Below, piece after piece: positions 50,479 through 52,940 of a DNA stretch of 52,940 nt. The stretch covers positions 10,546,550 to 10,599,489 of the forward strand of contig JBOZIK010000001.1 in NCBI GenBank assembly GCA_051453625.1. The letters are read 5' to 3'. The number at the start of each line of letters is the position of its first letter. Positions within the stretch are counted from its first letter, which is position 1. The translations under genes and the position numbers were made by a program. This stretch comes from Welwitschia mirabilis. Lineage: Eukaryota. The notes below the pieces were generated by a model. It was not told where the DNA came from and ran no database searches. It saw only the letters and a list, made by a program, of their open reading frames with translations.

Positions 50479-51080
50479 CGCACACGCGTTTGTTGTCCAG
50501 GTGTATCATCTGGACTACCAAAGAGACGAGACATATAGAAATAGAAATGAGCATGCTAAAACATGGTAAATTTTGGTAAAAAGGTGAAATATCAAAGAGA
50601 GCAGTTGTTCATCAAAGAATATATTTGAGAAGGTTTGATTGAATACGAACTTAACCCATGTATGCACACCACAGATACGCAAAATACTTCAAAAATTTAA
50701 TAAGAAGTTTTTTCGTATTTATTATTTTAAAACATAATTTTTCAAAAGAAAGTTTTTGAAAATATAGTTTAGAAGAAAGTCATTTTATTACAATGTCAAA
50801 TTCATTACAAAAATACAAACATGTTGCTTCATCTAATCTCCTTATTGTTATTGGAACCTCTACTACTACCCTTGTCAATCCTAATGTTAATGTCATCCTT
50901 AAATAACTTATATCCAATAAGAAACATGAAATCCAAATCCCTTTTAACCTACCTACTCTTGATGATATTAAGTTAAAAAAATTAAACGCCTATCCTATTT
51001 TTAATGGAGAAAATAATAAAGATCCCTTACAACATATAGCCAACATAAACAATTAGTACTTACTTTCAGAAATGGTAAAA

Positions 51081-51194
51081 AAACAAATTAATAATCATAC
51101 TTATGGTTATTTTTTCATAAATCTAAAAAGAAAAGCTAAACAAATTAATAATCATACTTATGGTTATTTTTCCATAAATCTAAAAAGAAAAGCT
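51081..51194 (+). repeat. 57-bp tandem duplication within gag
   Basis: 51081-51137 and 51138-51194 differ by one base. Confidence 0.9.
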
Positions 51195-51905
51195 AAACTA
51201 TGGTTAAGAACTATTTCACATAAAAGTTTAAAAACATGAAATCAAGTTCAAGACGCATTTATAGAAAGATTTATAAGTGAAACAACCATAAGAAAAGAAA
51301 GAAAAGAAGTAACTAACTTCCAACAACAACCTAACAAATATTATGCCTTCACTTATGGGATTTTTTATTGTCATATATTCTAACCCTATAGATGCTTTTA
51401 CTCAACAAGATTAGTAGATTACTTTTATAGTGGACTTAATAGCCAAATAGAATAACTTGTAGATTTTGCATGTGAAGGAAAATTGATGAATCTCACATTA
51501 GAGAATACATAGAAAGTGTTGGAAGAATTAGTAGAAGAAAGTCAAACATGGCCTAAACCATCACCTAAAGAAAATCATACAGTAGGTCAAATTATAAAAA
51601 ACCTTAAAGAAGTTAAACAAGAGCAGGGGAAAGTAAACATAGAGAAAGAACCAATGAATGTTATTAAGCATTTTACTACAACATTAGAGAAATACACTCA
51701 ATGCTTTTAGATGTTAAGTTAACAACTAAAAAGAGTGTATTTGTGATTCCAATTTGTAATTTATATGAAGATAACTACCATGTAATAAAAGATTATCCTT
51801 TATTGTCAACCTATAAAGAAAAGATTTATGAAGAGGTGTGTGCATTTATTCAGAGGTCTTCAAACTTTAAAAATTAAAACCAAAACCAAAATAAAAATCA
51901 AAACC

Positions 51906-51961
51906 AATTTCAACCTAGGATGAATGGACGACTAATTTCAACCTAGGATGAATGGACGACT
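51906..51961 (+). repeat. Perfect 28-bp tandem duplication
   Basis: aatttcaacctaggatgaatggacgact occurs twice. Confidence 0.9.
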
Positions 51962-52940
51962 AAACTTTCAATCTTTTGAAAATAAATTTAAGAACTTTCA
52001 AGCAAATCATCTTAATTTTTAACCATTTAGAAATAGATTTAAGAATACTAACTTTTAAATAAATAACTCAAATTTCCAACCAAGCAATTCTAATTGTTAA
52101 GCAAGCACATCAAACTCACAAAACCAAAATGATCCATTAAGAAATTTCATTGATAAGTTAAGAGAAAACAAATTTAAACATTGAAAATCTTGTTAATGTC
52201 CTATAAAAAACTATGCTTGCTAATCAAAGATCATAAGAGTCACTTCCAACACAACCTTTACCAAACTCTAATAAAGTTAAAAAAGATTATAAAGTTGTGA
52301 CAAGAAGTGGAAATGATACAACACCTCCTATCCAAGAGGCTTTAACATTCNNNNNNNNNNNNNNNNNNNNNTAAGAATAGAATGTCAAAATCTTAGAAAA
52401 CTATACTTTCCCTTCCCCTTTAAATGATGATAAGAAAAATTCTTATTAAGGGAAAGGTAAAAAACCTATGACCCCTTGGCTTGATATATTGAACACCAAT
52501 CCTACATTTGATGAACATCTTAAAGCCTTAATTCAAAATGTAAGCATAAGTTTACCATTTTGAAAACTTTCGCAAGAAAATCCTAAATATTCTGAGTTAT
52601 GGAAAGATTTAATTAAGAGGAATTAAAAATAAACTGTACTAGTAAAGTCTTCCTAGCCCAATCTATAATCAACTTAGTCTTATAAAATGTTCAAAGTTTA
52701 AGGATCTAGGGGGAGAAACTATTAGTGTCACTTTAAAAGAGAACAAAAGAATTAAAAAAATCCTTAATGGATATAGGAATAAGTATTAATATTATGCCTT
52801 TACATATTTGTCAATGACTTGGTTTGGAAAGTAGAATTAAGCCTATAAGGATTGTCTTAGAATTAGTAGATACATTAGTAAAGAAACTTTTAAAAGTAAT
52901 TAAAGATTTAATGATTCAAATAGAAGAAGCATTATATTTT

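Larger units (their letters stand above)
50700..52940 (+). mobile_element. Athila-like gag-protease region, same family as 7043-12467; runs off the window end
   Basis: Gag reads PIFNGENNKDPLQHI and LKRKAKLWLRTISHKSLKT*NQVQDAFIERF, followed by an Asn/Gln-rich segment. Protease reads KCSKFKDLGGETISVTL...DIGISINIMPLHIC. Both match the minus-strand copy. Confidence 0.8.

Noticed and set aside
50173-50579. Cys-Val / His-Thr repeat ORFs
   Set aside because: They are translations of the (GT)n microsatellite and the adjoining gap. Only the first ~34 codons (RT fragment) are meaningful.

Overview
This is eukaryotic, AT-rich DNA from a draft land-plant genome, with nine N gaps. Only one intact host gene is visible: an intronless, GC/CpG-rich 3-ketoacyl-CoA synthase (KCS/FAE1-type VLCFA elongase condensing enzyme) at ~40561-42156 (+). 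The rest is mostly decayed, nested transposons. These include two copies of one Athila-like Ty3/gypsy family (7043-12467 minus; ~50700-52940 plus), a chromovirus-type pol (12630-19150) split by a nested non-autonomous LTR element (14331-18307), a second copy of that non-autonomous family (43306-~46600), another non-chromovirus gypsy (~46679-50275), LTR fragments and a CACTA terminus. There is also a full-length L1-type LINE (30310-36521) bounded by a perfect 16-bp target-site duplication. Two things stand out. First, a DnaJ/J-domain coding segment lies inside the LINE, at the end of a decayed low-complexity reading frame after the RT/zf-RVT region. Second, the two copies of the gag-plus-integrase-tail LTR family carry different but related tandem arrays (91 bp = 40+51; two 51-bp subtypes) between PBS and gag. 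All family assignments come from manual translation and motif recognition; no searches were run. Boundaries marked approximate are uncertain by tens of bases.
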